Source: the human T2T-CHM13v2.0 reference genome, Homo sapiens
Direction: 5' to 3' (one strand)
Assembly (NCBI RefSeq): GCF_009914755.1
Contig: NC_060926.1
DNA length: 64,000 nucleotides
Part shown: one piece after another, positions 1 through 13,204 of the stretch
Layout: each line of letters starts with the position of its first letter
How positions within the stretch are numbered: position 1 is the first letter of the stretch
Position numbers and translations under genes: made by a program
The notes under the pieces: generated by a model
Told to the model about the DNA's origin: nothing
What the model saw: only the letters and a program-made list of their open reading frames with translations
The model's database searches: none

Positions 1-310
1 TAATAATCACTAAATAAATGTTAACTACTGTTTTTAATGATGAGATTAAAATAATAATTGATTTAATAATTACTTTGATAATCTTATCAATTATTTAATA
101 ATTGATAAGGTTAAAATAATAATTATATAAATTTACTTAGGTAAATTTATTACCTAAGTTATTTATACAACTACAGTTACATAAATAAGCCCAACTTAGT
201 TTTATATAATTTATATGACTAGTTATATATAAATTTATATAACTACAGTTATAAAGTTTTATATCTATAGTTATACAAATTATATGTCATTAATATAACT
301 GTAACAATAA
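1..310. repeat. AT-rich low-complexity tract with fold-back inverted repeats
   Basis: Very high AT. Perfect inverted repeats CTTATCAATTATT/AATAATTGATAAG (83-95/97-109) and ACTTAGGTAA/TTACCTAAGT (135-144/150-159). Confidence 0.8.
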
Positions 311-344
311 GAGAATACCACAACCAATGTCTGCAGCAACTTCA

Positions 345-495
345 GGCAACAGGTGCTAGCTGTAGTCCCATTTTATAGATGAGAAAACTAATGTTTAGAG
401 ATAGATAAAATAAACTAGCCAAGGCTTTTCAGTTAGTAAGTGTCTGAGCAGAGGTCTGAACCTAGGTATTCTGACTGTGGAGTTCATGCTGTTAT
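345..495 (-). mobile_element. MIR SINE fragment
   Basis: Core CCCATTTTATAGATGAGAAAACT...CCAAGG...GAACCTAGG resembles the reverse-complement MIR core. Confidence 0.75.
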
Positions 496-2359
496 TTACT
501 AATATCGCTTCAAAACCAAGGGGCTCTGAATCCTTTTTGTAATTTTAATATAGTAATAACAATATTTTAAGACATTGTCTCAGTTTAATATTGCATAACT
601 TAGTGCAATATACTATTTCAAAATTTCAAACATGATCATGATTATCTAGGCATAATCAAGTTTGAGCTTAGTTGCAGAAAGAAGGATAATATCTTGTAGT
701 TTTTTGAGCTTGCTGTAATTTTCACATTGCTTAATGTGAAATAGTGTGCTTGGTAGTGAGACAAAAGTATTTGTTCAATCATTTATGTTAAATAACATAT
801 GTGAAAGATAAAATTGCTGTCACATGGACTGGCATATTTGCTAGTTTAGCTTGACTTGAATTAAGTGCAGATTAACTCATTAAGCAATGCTGAACCAGAA
901 AGTCTGCTTTCATTAGCACCAGAAAAACAAAATCTTACTGTTGAAAAGTTCACACTCTGTTTGGAGGAAAACAGACAAAGGGTATGTGATAAACGCTGGA
1001 ATCAAGGATCAAGATGCATGCACTATGCTATGAGTGCAGAGACAGAAGAAACAGAAAACTGTTCATAATTTTATTGAACTGTGGCTCAGTGAGTTTTAAA
1101 ACAATTATTTCCCCAAACAGTCACAAGAAACATTGAACACTGTGTTAAGTGTGATGAAGGACACCCTGCTAAATGCTGTGGGGAATACCAAGTAGTATTA
1201 GCCAAGGTCCTGGCCCCGAAAAGCTTGAACTCTAGTTGGAGAGAGAATGAGGAAAAGTGTAAGATCTTAAAGTGCCAACCCAGAGGGCAGACAGATCTCT
1301 CTAAGTTGAAGTGATCAGTAGGTGCTTTAAAAACATAACAGATTTTTGCTGTCACAAAGGATGTGGAGAATTTAAGAAAGCATTTCTTTCAAAAGATTTG
1401 ATTGCTACATCAAAGGAAGAAGTAAAACCATGGCAGCATCTTCAGTGGACGTGGGATGAGTATAACTGGAGCATGGGACTCTGAAGGGCCATGTCAGGAA
1501 ATGTGGTTTTAAAAATGGCTTCTGGCCATCTTGTGGGAGGCACAAAAGGCCACCATGGCTCTGTGAATTGGCAAAGAAATGGACACAGACCGGAAGGCCA
1601 AGGTTCTTCCCCGTGGGAATTCAAGTCAGAATTCTGACCACCAGACCGAGATATTTTCCTTGAAAGCTACTCAGCTTTCATTCCTAGGGGCATTGTGATC
1701 CATCCATCATTGCTGAGGACTTCTGAGGGTCAGAACCTTCTGAGTACACCCCTTCCTCTGCTGTTCATTAGGGTGAATATGCCCACTTGCCTCTGGAAAC
1801 CGAGTGCTGCCACTTGGCTTCTGCTGGCTTGCGATCAGATTTTCCCCTTTGACATCAGCAAGTCCATTTCATAGCAGCATTTCCAACAGTCACAGCTGGT
1901 CTATAAGGAAACTGGTCTACCAGAAAAGGTGGCGAGGCCTTTCAAGAAAATGTGCTCCTCTCACTAAAGTATTGCTGTAGCCTTAGTGAAGGGGGTGCCT
2001 CTGAACTCTCTCAGGAAGTGGGTATGAAAGCTGATAAATCTCAAAACTGTCTATCCCTTAAGCCTTTAGATCTCTTTCCTTACTAAATTGCTGGAAAGTT
2101 CTGGGATTTCAGGCTCATTAAGTGTAGGCCACTATTGAATCCAAGTTTTAGTCAGCTATTGACAGACTATTAAGCTCTTCCAGCTGCATAAGTTACACAT
2201 TAAATGAAAAATCTGTTAAATACACTCATGAATATATTCAGCAGAGACATTGTATTGTCTCCTTTCTCTAACTCTCTTTGATGCCATTTACACATATATT
2301 TCCAGATTTATGTTGATACAAATTGGAAAACTCTGGCCATTATTTTAGAGTATAAATGA

Positions 2360-2683
<324 letters not shown>

Positions 2684-2776
2684 ATCTTAGTCAGATTTTG
2701 AACTTTTCCTCTAGGTTCAGGCTAAAATATGATCTAGTTATGAATGTGTCAACTAAGGGTAGTTGAAGTGTCCTCA

Positions 2777-3027
2777 GAACAATGAGATCACATGGACACA
2801 GGAAGGGGAACATCACACTCTGGGGACTGTTGTGGGGTGGGGGGAGGGGGGAGGGATAGCATTGGGAGATATACCTAATGCTAGATGACGAGTTAGTGGG
2901 TGCAGTGCACCAGCATGGCACATGTATACATATGTAACTAACCTGCACAATGTGCACATGTACCCTAAAACTTCAAGTATAATAATAAAAGAAAAAAAAA
3001 TTTAAAAAAAGAAAAAGAAAAGAAAAA
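2777..3027 (+). mobile_element. Young L1 3' UTR fragment (L1PA2-like), 5'-truncated
   Basis: GAACAATGAGATCACATGGACAC...GCTAGATGACGAGTTAGTGGG...TGCACAATGTGCAC plus A-tail. It has GAG rather than the L1HS-Ta ACA diagnostic. No clear TSD. Confidence 0.9.
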
Positions 3028-3519
3028 TAAGTACCCCTTGAATGCAATTGCCAATAGAAGTTTGCTACAGGGACCGCAAGCTAGGAAAGAAAAGCACCTT
3101 CCAATACAAAAAGGCAGACTGCTTCCACTGACAAAGGATGCTCACGTAATTTGAGGGTTGAAGATTCTCTGCTTCATTCACTCCTAGTCTCAGGATCCTA
3201 GCTTCTACCTAATTCATACTCTTCTGTTTTACTTGAGTGATGTTGAAAAGCTAAGAATTAACTTACACTATAATTCTGCAGCCTACACAATTAACATTTA
3301 TGCTCATTTTTTTGAGGCTGACCCTTTAGCTATAAGATATTCTATAAGGATACTATAAAAGCTCTTTGATTCTCTGTATATTGATATGAATTTTTTAAAA
3401 ACCCTGTTAGTCATTCTTTTTTTGTAAGCACCCCAGTGCAGTCAGTTACAAGCATTCCACCTCACAGATCTTGTGGTCCTTGAAATAATGTCCAAATGCC
3501 ATTATTAAAAGAATTGCAG

Positions 3520-3854
<335 letters not shown>

Positions 3855-3984
3855 TCATATCAACATAAATCATGCACTTGTCCTCCAAGACACTGACTTT
3901 AGCAGGCATTTCATTACAATTAACCATACATCTGATCGGGATTAATTTCATTAATTATGATGCTACTGCATTTCATAGATTCTA

Positions 3985-5298
3985 CTGTTCCAACACTTGA
4001 TAAAACTATAGAATGGCCTACTAAAGACTTAGTTACAATGCCAGTAGGGAAACAAAAAGAGGGAGCTCATTATACAGGATGAAAAAGTATGTGTGAATCA
4101 AAAACCAGTAGATAGTATTTGTTCTATAGTCAGAATACATGGGTCAAGAAATCAAATGGCAATGACAGAAGTGCCTCCTTTCACTATTATACTGTCTAAT
4201 TTATGAAAATTTTGCTTCTTGCTCTTAGAATATTAAGCTTTGTTGATTTGGAGGTCTTTGTTCTCTAGGAAGACAGAGTACCACCAAGGGACACAGCAAT
4301 TCCACTGAATTGAAAGTTGAGATTGCCACTCGGCCATTCTTACCACATTGTGACACTATATAGGCAAAGCTGACTGGGATGACTGATTCAAATTACGATT
4401 ACACAAAGAGGCAGGAACTCAGGTGATTCTCTGCAATAACACTTAGTACTTTCATATCCTATGGTAAAAGTGAGTTAAAAACTATAGTAACAACAAAAAA
4501 AGGCAGAACTATTGAGTCATTCACTGCAGAAATAAAGATTTAGGTCACCTCACAAAGAAAAGATCTCAACTATCTGAAATACTGACCACGGTCAAAGGAA
4601 ACATGGAATGGTTAGTGAGAGAAAGAAGTTATAAATATCAGCTATGGCCTTATGACCAGTTACAAAAGCAGAAACCATAGAAGAAATGAATATATTTGTG
4701 TGTATGAAATAATTTATTCATGTTTTTCTCCTTACTGTTAATATTTTATATAAAACTATGGTTGCTATTAACTTAAAATTGAGTTATTAGGCAACGAAAT
4801 ATTCAGATGGAACTGTGGCTAACTTCCAGAGATGAATACAAATGTTGATACTTTGCGTCTCCTCATTTTAAGGAGAGACTTAGAGAAGATTTGTTTATAA
4901 CGCAGAAGTTGCATCTTGTTAAGTGGAAATAGAAACCAAACACTGCATGTTCTCACTCATAGGTGGGAATTGAACAATGAGAACACATGGACACAGGAAG
5001 GGGAACATCACACACTGGGGCCTGTTGTGGGGTGGGGGGAGTGGGGAGGGATAGCATTAGGAGATATACCTAATGTTAAATGACAAGTTAATGGGTGCAG
5101 CACACCAACATGGCACATGTATACACATGTAACTAACCTGCACGTTGTGCACATGTACCCTAAAACTTAAAGTATAATAAAAAAAATTATCAAAATAAAA
5201 AAATAAATAACAAAGCTAAAAAAAAAGTTATTTTTGTTGTATGGAAGTTCAAATGTGTAAAAGGGTCTGAATGAATGCCAAGTAGTTGAAGAGGTGGA
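3985..5298 (+). mobile_element. ERVL-class internal fragment (integrase 3' end/dUTPase region), degenerate, interrupted by an L1
   Basis: CCACTGAATTGAAAGTTGAGATTGCCACTCGGCCATT and GGAATGGTTAGTG...TATAAATATCAGCTATGGCC...TGACCAGTTACA resemble the ERVL pol/dUTPase 3' region. It ends in a polypurine-tract-like AAGAGGTGGAA just before the LTR. Confidence 0.7.
4933..5226 (+). mobile_element. L1PA (about PA4) 3' end fragment inserted in the ERVL
   Basis: AAACCAAACACTGCATGTTCTCACTCATAGGTGGG...ACCCTAAAACTTAAAGTATAATAAAAAA. Confidence 0.92.
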
Positions 5299-5821
5299 AT
5301 GTGATTTTGTTTCTCAGCTTCAAACTCATGTTTCTATAGTTGGCTTTGTGATGCTGCAAACTTCATTTCTGCTTTGTCTTCTGGGGCTTGTTATACTATG
5401 TCAATAGGGGCCCTTGAGGTTGACTGGAAGGCTGAAGGAGGCAGAAAAATGTTGCATCTTTCTGACTGCTCCCTATGCCTGCCTATCTCATTGCAACAAT
5501 CACCCTTCACTCTGGCAGTGGGTAGTAGTGGTGGGTTCTTATTTGCAATTTTTTCCATTCCCCAAAAGCAGCTTTACAATTCCTAAGGGGTACCATTCTT
5601 CATAACTGGCACCCACTCCTCAGGGTCTGGACCCCAGTTCTGTAGGGCCCCTCCTCCCGGATGCTAACCTCCGTGGTTGCTTCCTGCAGTTAATTTCTCT
5701 GTGATACCATCATGTCCCCATTGAGTATTTTTAGTTATCTAACAATTGGTTGAAAATTTATGTACAATCATCTCTGTTAAAATAACTGGTGCCATTTCTT
5801 TCTTAACACTAAAAAGATATA
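5299..5821 (+). mobile_element. ERVL LTR (LTR33-like), 3' LTR of the adjacent internal fragment
   Basis: Starts TGTG after the PPT. CTCAGCTTCAAACTC...CTTTGTGATGCTG...CATTTCTGCTTTG...CAATAGGGG, ending TCTCTGTTAAAATAACTGGTG. Confidence 0.65.
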
Positions 5822-6199
5822 GTAAGGTTGTTTTGTAGTAGGAAGTTACTCAAATTTTAATCCCGTCCCTTGAAACTGAGTCTTAGAATTAACCTAGGGA
5901 TTTCATGAATGAGACTAAGTAATGGCCCCATATCACCGCACTATCACCATTTTAAGCAACTTTACTGCTTTTTGTTATTAGGCAATTCATGTAACCTTTA
6001 GTGTATGTGTTTGGGAGGGTGGGGCAGTGATCATATCTCTTAGAAATATACCTGGACCATAAGAAGTACTTTTTTAAAGTATAAAAGAATACTTTTTAAA
6101 AGTATTACATATTACTAGTAATACTAGTCTTACTAAGAACTACTAGTATTACCTACTAGTTGGTGAGCTTGGACCAGTTAACAGTTAAAATATCACAGA

Positions 6200-6440
6200 T
6201 GATGAGTGCTTGGTTTCAAACCCAGACTACCTGGGTGTGAACCATACTTCCTCCACTTCCCAATTCTGTAACTATGGGTAAGTGACTTCACCTCTCCACA
6301 CCTTGTCTGTGAGATGAAGGTAATTACTGTAGCTAATGCATGAGGTTGTAGTAAGGATTAGATGAAGTAATTTATTAAAACCTTTAGAAATGTACCTGGA
6401 CCATAAGAAGTACTCAGTGCATTTTGCTTTTCTTATTGCT
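6200..6440 (+). mobile_element. MIR SINE
   Basis: CCAGACTACCTGGGTGTGAA...GGGTAAGTGACTTCACCTCTC...GAGGTTGTAGTAAGGATTAGATGA. Confidence 0.8.
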
Positions 6441-7214
6441 GGTTAGCCATGTGAATCTGTGAATCTGGAAACTCACAATACTTTACTGCTAACACATATT
6501 GGTGAAGTCGTGTGCATTTCCCATTACAGTTTGATTGAGTTCATCTAACCTGTTAGCTGCAATCTGGCAAATCATCTTTCCTCATGGAACCAAATCCACA
6601 CGTGCTTAGGGTAAGGCATGTGCTACGAACCTTAATTAGTGTCAGCAGTTCACTCTTGGTCTGCAGAAAAGGCAGTTCTTTCATTCAGGGGACATGAACT
6701 TACTGTTATGATTTATTCTGCATATGAAGCATTAGTAAATCAGTAGGGAAATCATATGAAATACAGGAAGTAATTTGATTTTTTTTAAATATTACATCTG
6801 GATGTGTGACATGAAACTCATAACATGACCCCGGTCTATTGCTGTCAAATTACTTGCCAAAAATGAAGTCTAGAATGGCTGATCAATCTGGGAACAGAGA
6901 GCAAGGACAACAATGTGGTCCAGGGTGCAAATCTGTCTAATGTTGCTAGCAGGGCCATCCTTGGGAAGGTCATGAAAGAAAATATTCCCCAGGGTTGTCC
7001 CAACAACATCTCTTTCCTCTGCCTCTCCACTCTATGTAACCTACCTGCCCCACATCCACTTTTCATCTCACAAAGCTCAAGAAGGAGTAATGTGAGCGGG
7101 TGTGTTTCTCTCTTAGAAAATTGTCCTCTAAACCTGATTACTTGCTGATCACTCTGATATTGTGAACACCTCTATGTGACCTCACTGTGAACATTCTTAT
7201 CATAAACTTCACAT

Positions 7215-7930
7215 TTTTGGAAATACAAATTTAAAAAATTGAGATGGCATTTTTCAACCATCAAATGTACAAACAATTAAAAAGATTCGTAATAACTAGA
7301 ATCAGCTACCATGTGAGAAAATGGGCTGTCTTATACATTGCTGATGGCTATGTACAGTAGCATGAATTTTTCAAAGGTTATATGTCAATAAACAAAAATA
7401 TTTAAATGTTCACAGCCTTATACTCAACATTTGCACTTCTAAAAATTGTACTAAAACAAACAAATGAAAAAGAACCAGTACTTAAGAGATTAACTCCAAG
7501 AACATTTGTTTTAAAACTTTTTGTGGTAGCAAAATTTGGGGAAATCTAATTTTCCATAAATAAGTGGTATGCAAATGTATTCTAGCCATGGAGATTTTGC
7601 AGTATTTTAGAGCTATTAAAACAGAACGGTTCCTGAGAGGGATATGAAAGTTAAGTGAAGAAAGTGAGCTAAAAATGAGAGCATATAGCATGCTACAATT
7701 TTATTTAAGGAGAAAGAGTATAAGAAAATAGCTGCATATGCTTTATTCCTGTGTATATTTCAGTTTAGAAGCACAAAAAAGACTATATCCATGTGTGTGC
7801 TTTGGTTGGAGCCCAGATGGAAAGAGTCTTTGGAGTGATTATCAAATTTTTTATGAATTATTATAGTGTTAAGTTTTATTACAATAGCTATGTTTTTTAT
7901 CGATTTTTTTAAATCCAACAAAATAAACAA
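7215..7930 (+). mobile_element. Ancient L1 (L1ME-like) ORF2 C-terminus/3' UTR relic
   Basis: AATACAAATTTAAAAAATTGAGATGGCATTTTTCAACCATCAAAT...TACATTGCTGATGG. Confidence 0.65.
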
Positions 7931-8438
7931 TTTATCATAACAGAAGAAATTAGGCTACAAACTTTTTAAATGTCCACATCTAATCAGGAGATAATTAATG
8001 TGGAATTTGAACCCAGGGCTATGTGATCCCAAAGCTATCCTAGTTGTTTTACACACATTTCCTCAGGCCTTGTGAAATACGCATTCAAGTGAACAGGTGG
8101 AATCAGCAATTTTTGGCTGAGAGAGCATTCCCAGTTTCTTTGGAAATTAAACCCCACAGGAAGCAGCTTGTTTCATGCGGGGTTCATCATACCTATTGCT
8201 AAGAAAATATGCAGAACACACTAAACCTGGTCCTGGGCTCTTCTGCAACATTTAACCACAATTAGACACTTCCAACAGTGTCCAAGAATATTGGCACAAT
8301 ACGATGGCCTCATTCGGAGCAGCTAAAGAAAAACACTGCCCAGCACTAAGGAGATAAGAGGAAAAGGTACTGCTTTCTGACACTTCATTTTACAGGATCT
8401 TTTTCTTTTTCTTTTCTTTTTTTTGGCTTCCTTTTCAG

Positions 8439-8494
8439 GAAAGAAAGAATGGTGGATTTGCAAGGCAGCTCAGCAGGTTGAGCCATGAGTTCAG
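8439..8494 (+). other. Candidate 56-nt internal exon
   Basis: About 35-nt polypyrimidine tract ending TTTTCAG, with donor CAG|GTAGGT. One frame is open (ERKNGGFARQLSRLSHEF). No homologue recognised. Confidence 0.35.
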
Positions 8495-10929
8495 GTAGGT
8501 GCAATACGTAAACTGTACCTAAATGCACATCTGTCCACCTTCTACATGTGGCGGTTAAAAGGAATGATAACTGGTGAAGTGCTGTTTATCTAGTGGTTTT
8601 TTTAATGCAAATGCTGTCCTGCAGAAAAGGAGGAGCCTATGCAGAATTCATAAGCAGCCCGAGAAGTTGGTGAGAAAAGCAATAAACCTCTGTGAAAAGT
8701 CCTGCAAGGCAACATATCCCTGGGGACCTCATCTTTGGAGCATTACTATGAGATGTGAATTAAATCCTCTGCACAGAGCAGCCACCTGGTGCTTCAGAGA
8801 TGATTACCATCATCCCTGGAGGCCGAGGCTTTCTGCATTATCAACCTAGCCTCATGGGATTGACCTATGGAAACCATGAGGCCTTTCTGAGCTCGGTGCC
8901 AGCAGAAGTAGGCATGCCCTTTAGGTGAGGGATGAATGCTAGTGTACCAAGGTATTCTCTACTTATGAAAGTCATGGGCTAAATTACGCTTACATTGATT
9001 TGTATGGTCCAGAAAGCACACAGGGGTGGGAAGACATGAAGAAAAGGGGTTGTCGCATAAATTACTCTAAAACCATGGTAACTAAATATCAAAGCACTAA
9101 ATCAAGGGCAGCAGACATCCATAATGAAGTGTTCATGGAACCGGAGTCCAAAAATGCTGAGAGGACTATGCAATCCATTGTGGAAACTGCTATACTGTGA
9201 ATTCAGAATAAGAAAATGAAAGAGGCAAAATAAATCCATCAGGACTGAAGGCCCTCCAGCCCAAATATAAAATATAAGAGATAGAATTTCATTTTCTCTG
9301 TTCCTTTAATCAAGCCAATTCACTTCCTTTTGAATCATCATTTTATAAATTCATGAAGATACGGGATCAAAAGAAAATTGCAAAAGAAGCAAAGTCCGAT
9401 CATATAAAAGTAAGCTATTGCAGTTTACTTTTTCCTTAAATAATCCAGATATAGTTTATGTTGTTAGTCAGGAAATGAAATTGTTAAAAGCATTAGAAAG
9501 CACAGAAAAACATCAAATCCAGCCAAATATTTGGCTAACTTCATGACAATTTTTTTAGACAATGTCTAAATGTATTTGCTCTTGTCTTTAAGATAAAACT
9601 CTAAATGTCAACAAACATGTGTTACAGTCAGGACTTCAATAATTAAGTAACTTTTAGACCAGTGTCAAATATCATCTGTGTCCATAGCCATGTGTAATTA
9701 GATATAATTTCATAGTTTTCCTTCCATCAAATAACACCTGCACTTAAAATTATAACACATTCACATCTCTCATTTCATGTTTTAGATTAGTTTTGATTTG
9801 ATTGAAAGTTCCTCATCCAACCTTTCCAATAGGGAGAATAGCCAGTGTGTCTACTCTTCCCTTCCCTTTCCTTCCCACACAGGGGCATGCACACAATGCA
9901 AAAAAGAAACCAGATCGTGAAGACCCACTAGTGAACTGGTGTTTGGGCAATGAAAGGAAACACATCCTAGAGCAGGTTTTCTCTTGAACATATTCATCTT
10001 GCAGTCCACGGAGACAATAGGGAGGAAGCTTCTAAGCGTGGCGGAGGGGCAACCCAGGGAAAGAGGCTCAAAGTGCTCCCAGGATAGCAGGTCGCACAAA
10101 GCTCCTTGTTGTCCCTGTTTGCTTGAGCTGCAAAATGATCAGCAGGATTATCTATCTGTGTTCAGAGAACACCTTCTCCATCCTCAGGGTTCAGGCCTGG
10201 CCGTGGCAGGTCTAATAACACTGAAGCAGCCCTTCAAATTGGCTGCTTCAATGCAGAAAAGCAAAGAGAAAGGCTAACAGGCCCAGGCACGTGGCAGAGA
10301 TGCTCATTACCACACTAGCCAGAAAGCTGCCATTTATTTCGAAAGTTCTCTTTATCTCAGGCTCAAAACTCCCAGGGTATAAATGAAACAAATATTCTTT
10401 TAAACTGTTGTTGCCTTTGTCTGTATAAGTGAATCACAACTTTTTCAAGTACAAAATTTTTTAAATTAAAAAGAAACTCATGAATTCTTCTATGACACTA
10501 GTTATATCCTACGTTGATTCATTGAGAGTATAACGACCAAATAACTACATACATCCAATAATATGTTTAAATAAATGTTGTTAAAATTTATCACAAGAAC
10601 ATCTACATACATTTAATAAACTGAACAATGTTGACGTGAGATACTGTATTTAGTCAGATTACAGAGAATGTTCTGGTCTGTTTCAATTGAAAAGAATGAA
10701 AGAGAAAAGCATATGTTCTAGATGAAATTTTGAACTTTTCTTCATTTCTTTTCTTTCCTGCCTCCCTTAACCCCCTAGTCCCTGCTGCCACAGGGTGCCA
10801 GCCATTATCCTGAAGGAGGGAGTGTTGGTGGGATGGAGACCACTGTGAAATTCTGGGGTTCCAAGTTTTAGTGTTTGACCTTTTCACTATAGAAATACTC
10901 CGATACTTACAAAAATTTCGGAGCCAGAA

Positions 10930-11575
10930 AAATGACCCTCCTGCAGCCACCACCCAGATTTGGCAACTAGATACACTTGCCAATCTTGTATCTTTCATCC
11001 AACACTTCTTTTCATCTCATTATTTTAAAGCAAATTCAAGATATGTATTTCTTCTGGAAATATTTTTATGGAATGTTTTTATTGTTGTTTTGTTGGTTAG
11101 TTGGTCATATAAATATAATATTGTTATCACACCTAACCAAGTTAACAATAATGTCTTAATATTTTCTAATACTCAATCTATATCCAATTTGCCTAATATT
11201 ATCTCAAAATGTTTTTTGTGTTGGTTTGTTTAATTCAGGGTCTAAACAAAACCCACCTAGTGCATTTAGTTACCTCTTAAGTCTCTTTTAATTTCCAACA
11301 ATTTTCCTCTTTTAAGTCATATATATATATTTTTTTGTTTTTAATAAACTGGGCCATTTGCCTTGGAGCATTAGTGGCATTTTGGATGTGGCTGATTCCT
11401 TCTCTTAGGTATCTTTAACTTGTTCCTCTTTCCCCAGTGACTTCTGTAAACTGGTAGTTAGATTTAGAGGCTCGAATAAGTTGAGTTTTTCTTTGCAAGC
11501 ACAGTTGTACTTCTTACATCATACCAGGAATCATGTATAAGTAATGAATCCTTTTTTATCATGCTGATTGATTCT
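10930..11575 (-). mobile_element. L1MC4/5-like 3' UTR relic
   Basis: TTATCACACCTAACCAAGTTAACAATAATGTCTTAATA...TGCATTTAGTT...CTCTTAAGTCTCTTTTAAT. Confidence 0.7.
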
Positions 11576-12178
11576 TAGGTATCTGGAAGCAATAAGACAA
11601 GAATGTTTGGAAAAAATGCATCAGAAAGGATAGTGTTTTTGCCATCCTCTTTGTTTGAATCGAGAAGGAAGAGATATTAACAGAGGAAGCTAGAGTTTGC
11701 TGGACTGAGATAGAGCTGGTTGAATCTTGCCGTCTTCCTCAGGTTGAAGTTACAACAGAGTCAAACATCAACGCTCACATCAATTCAGATTCTGAGGGTA
11801 AAGGTGGTATACACACTGCTTTCCACACTGAATTCTGAGAAGGCGCATCATCCCAGACAAAACTATGATTACAAGACAAGTGATCTTCCCTGACTCAGCA
11901 GCAAAAAATTCTGAAGTACACCCAATTGGAGTTTGGAAATTAGCAAAGAGAATCCAAACACTGCAGAGAGTATCTAGAAGTCTTCTAATAAGCAGTCTAG
12001 AACAAGTGCTTAGAAGACAGAGGGTAGTGATCTCAGCAGATGTTCATATGGAAGAGTGATAATAGCCAAGAACCACGACTCTCTAATTTTACTTCCCAGC
12101 AGGTATTCAGTGCATAATAGTTCCTACTTAGAAGTATCATATTTGCCCAAACACAAGGTGATACCCAAAATGAGGTAA

Positions 12179-12580
<402 letters not shown>

Positions 12581-12979
12581 TAAATATAAATTTTTATGGA
12601 TATACAAAAAAGAACTACTAAATATTCACTTATAACAAAGATTAATTCATGAATTACACATGCACATTTATAATCACATGTCATAATTTTCCATTCTCAT
12701 ATTTCACTAAACTGTATATCCAATTCTTTATTCACTTTATTCACTGCCCTGAATGACCATCTGTGGAAGTCCTACCAGGTGCTATCTACTCTGTATGGGA
12801 TTTCTCATTTACCCCACAGAAGAGGTTTCTAAGAAAAGCATTATGAGTTCCCTTTCACAGATGACCAAGGGTAGGCTGACAAAGGCTGAAAAGGGGTTCC
12901 AATGTCAGATGAAATAAGGGGTAGGAATGAGATTCCGGTTCTGACTGTCAGCACAATATGCCATTTAATCTCAATAGGA

Positions 12980-13204
12980 ACAGTATTACCCACAAGGGGC
13001 TAAAACTTGTTCTAGAATAGTAGAAGAGGGGGAGTAGACATTATAATAGTTTGTGGCCCTGCAAAGATTCACAATACATAAACAAATAGACACTATATTT
13101 GTGGTATTAAAATGTCAAGTTCTGGGCAGAAAGAGATCGATAAGGAAAAATGTCTGAAAAGCCTCTTCAGAGGACCAATAATGAAAGAAGTCTGAGAAAC
13201 ACTG
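12980..13204. mobile_element. hAT-Charlie-type MITE
   Basis: Ends GAGAAACACTG (CAGTGTTTCTC TIR). Internal TGTGGTATTAAAAT...AGGAAAAATGTCT. Confidence 0.55.

Noticed and set aside
2821-2856. G-quadruplex-like G-runs
   Set aside because: Standard L1 3' UTR polypurine tract found in all such copies.
10654-11233. 114-aa and 120-aa ORFs and possible splice sites near 10778 and 10910
   Set aside because: They run into an L1MC relic, have no coherent exon definition and show no protein similarity.
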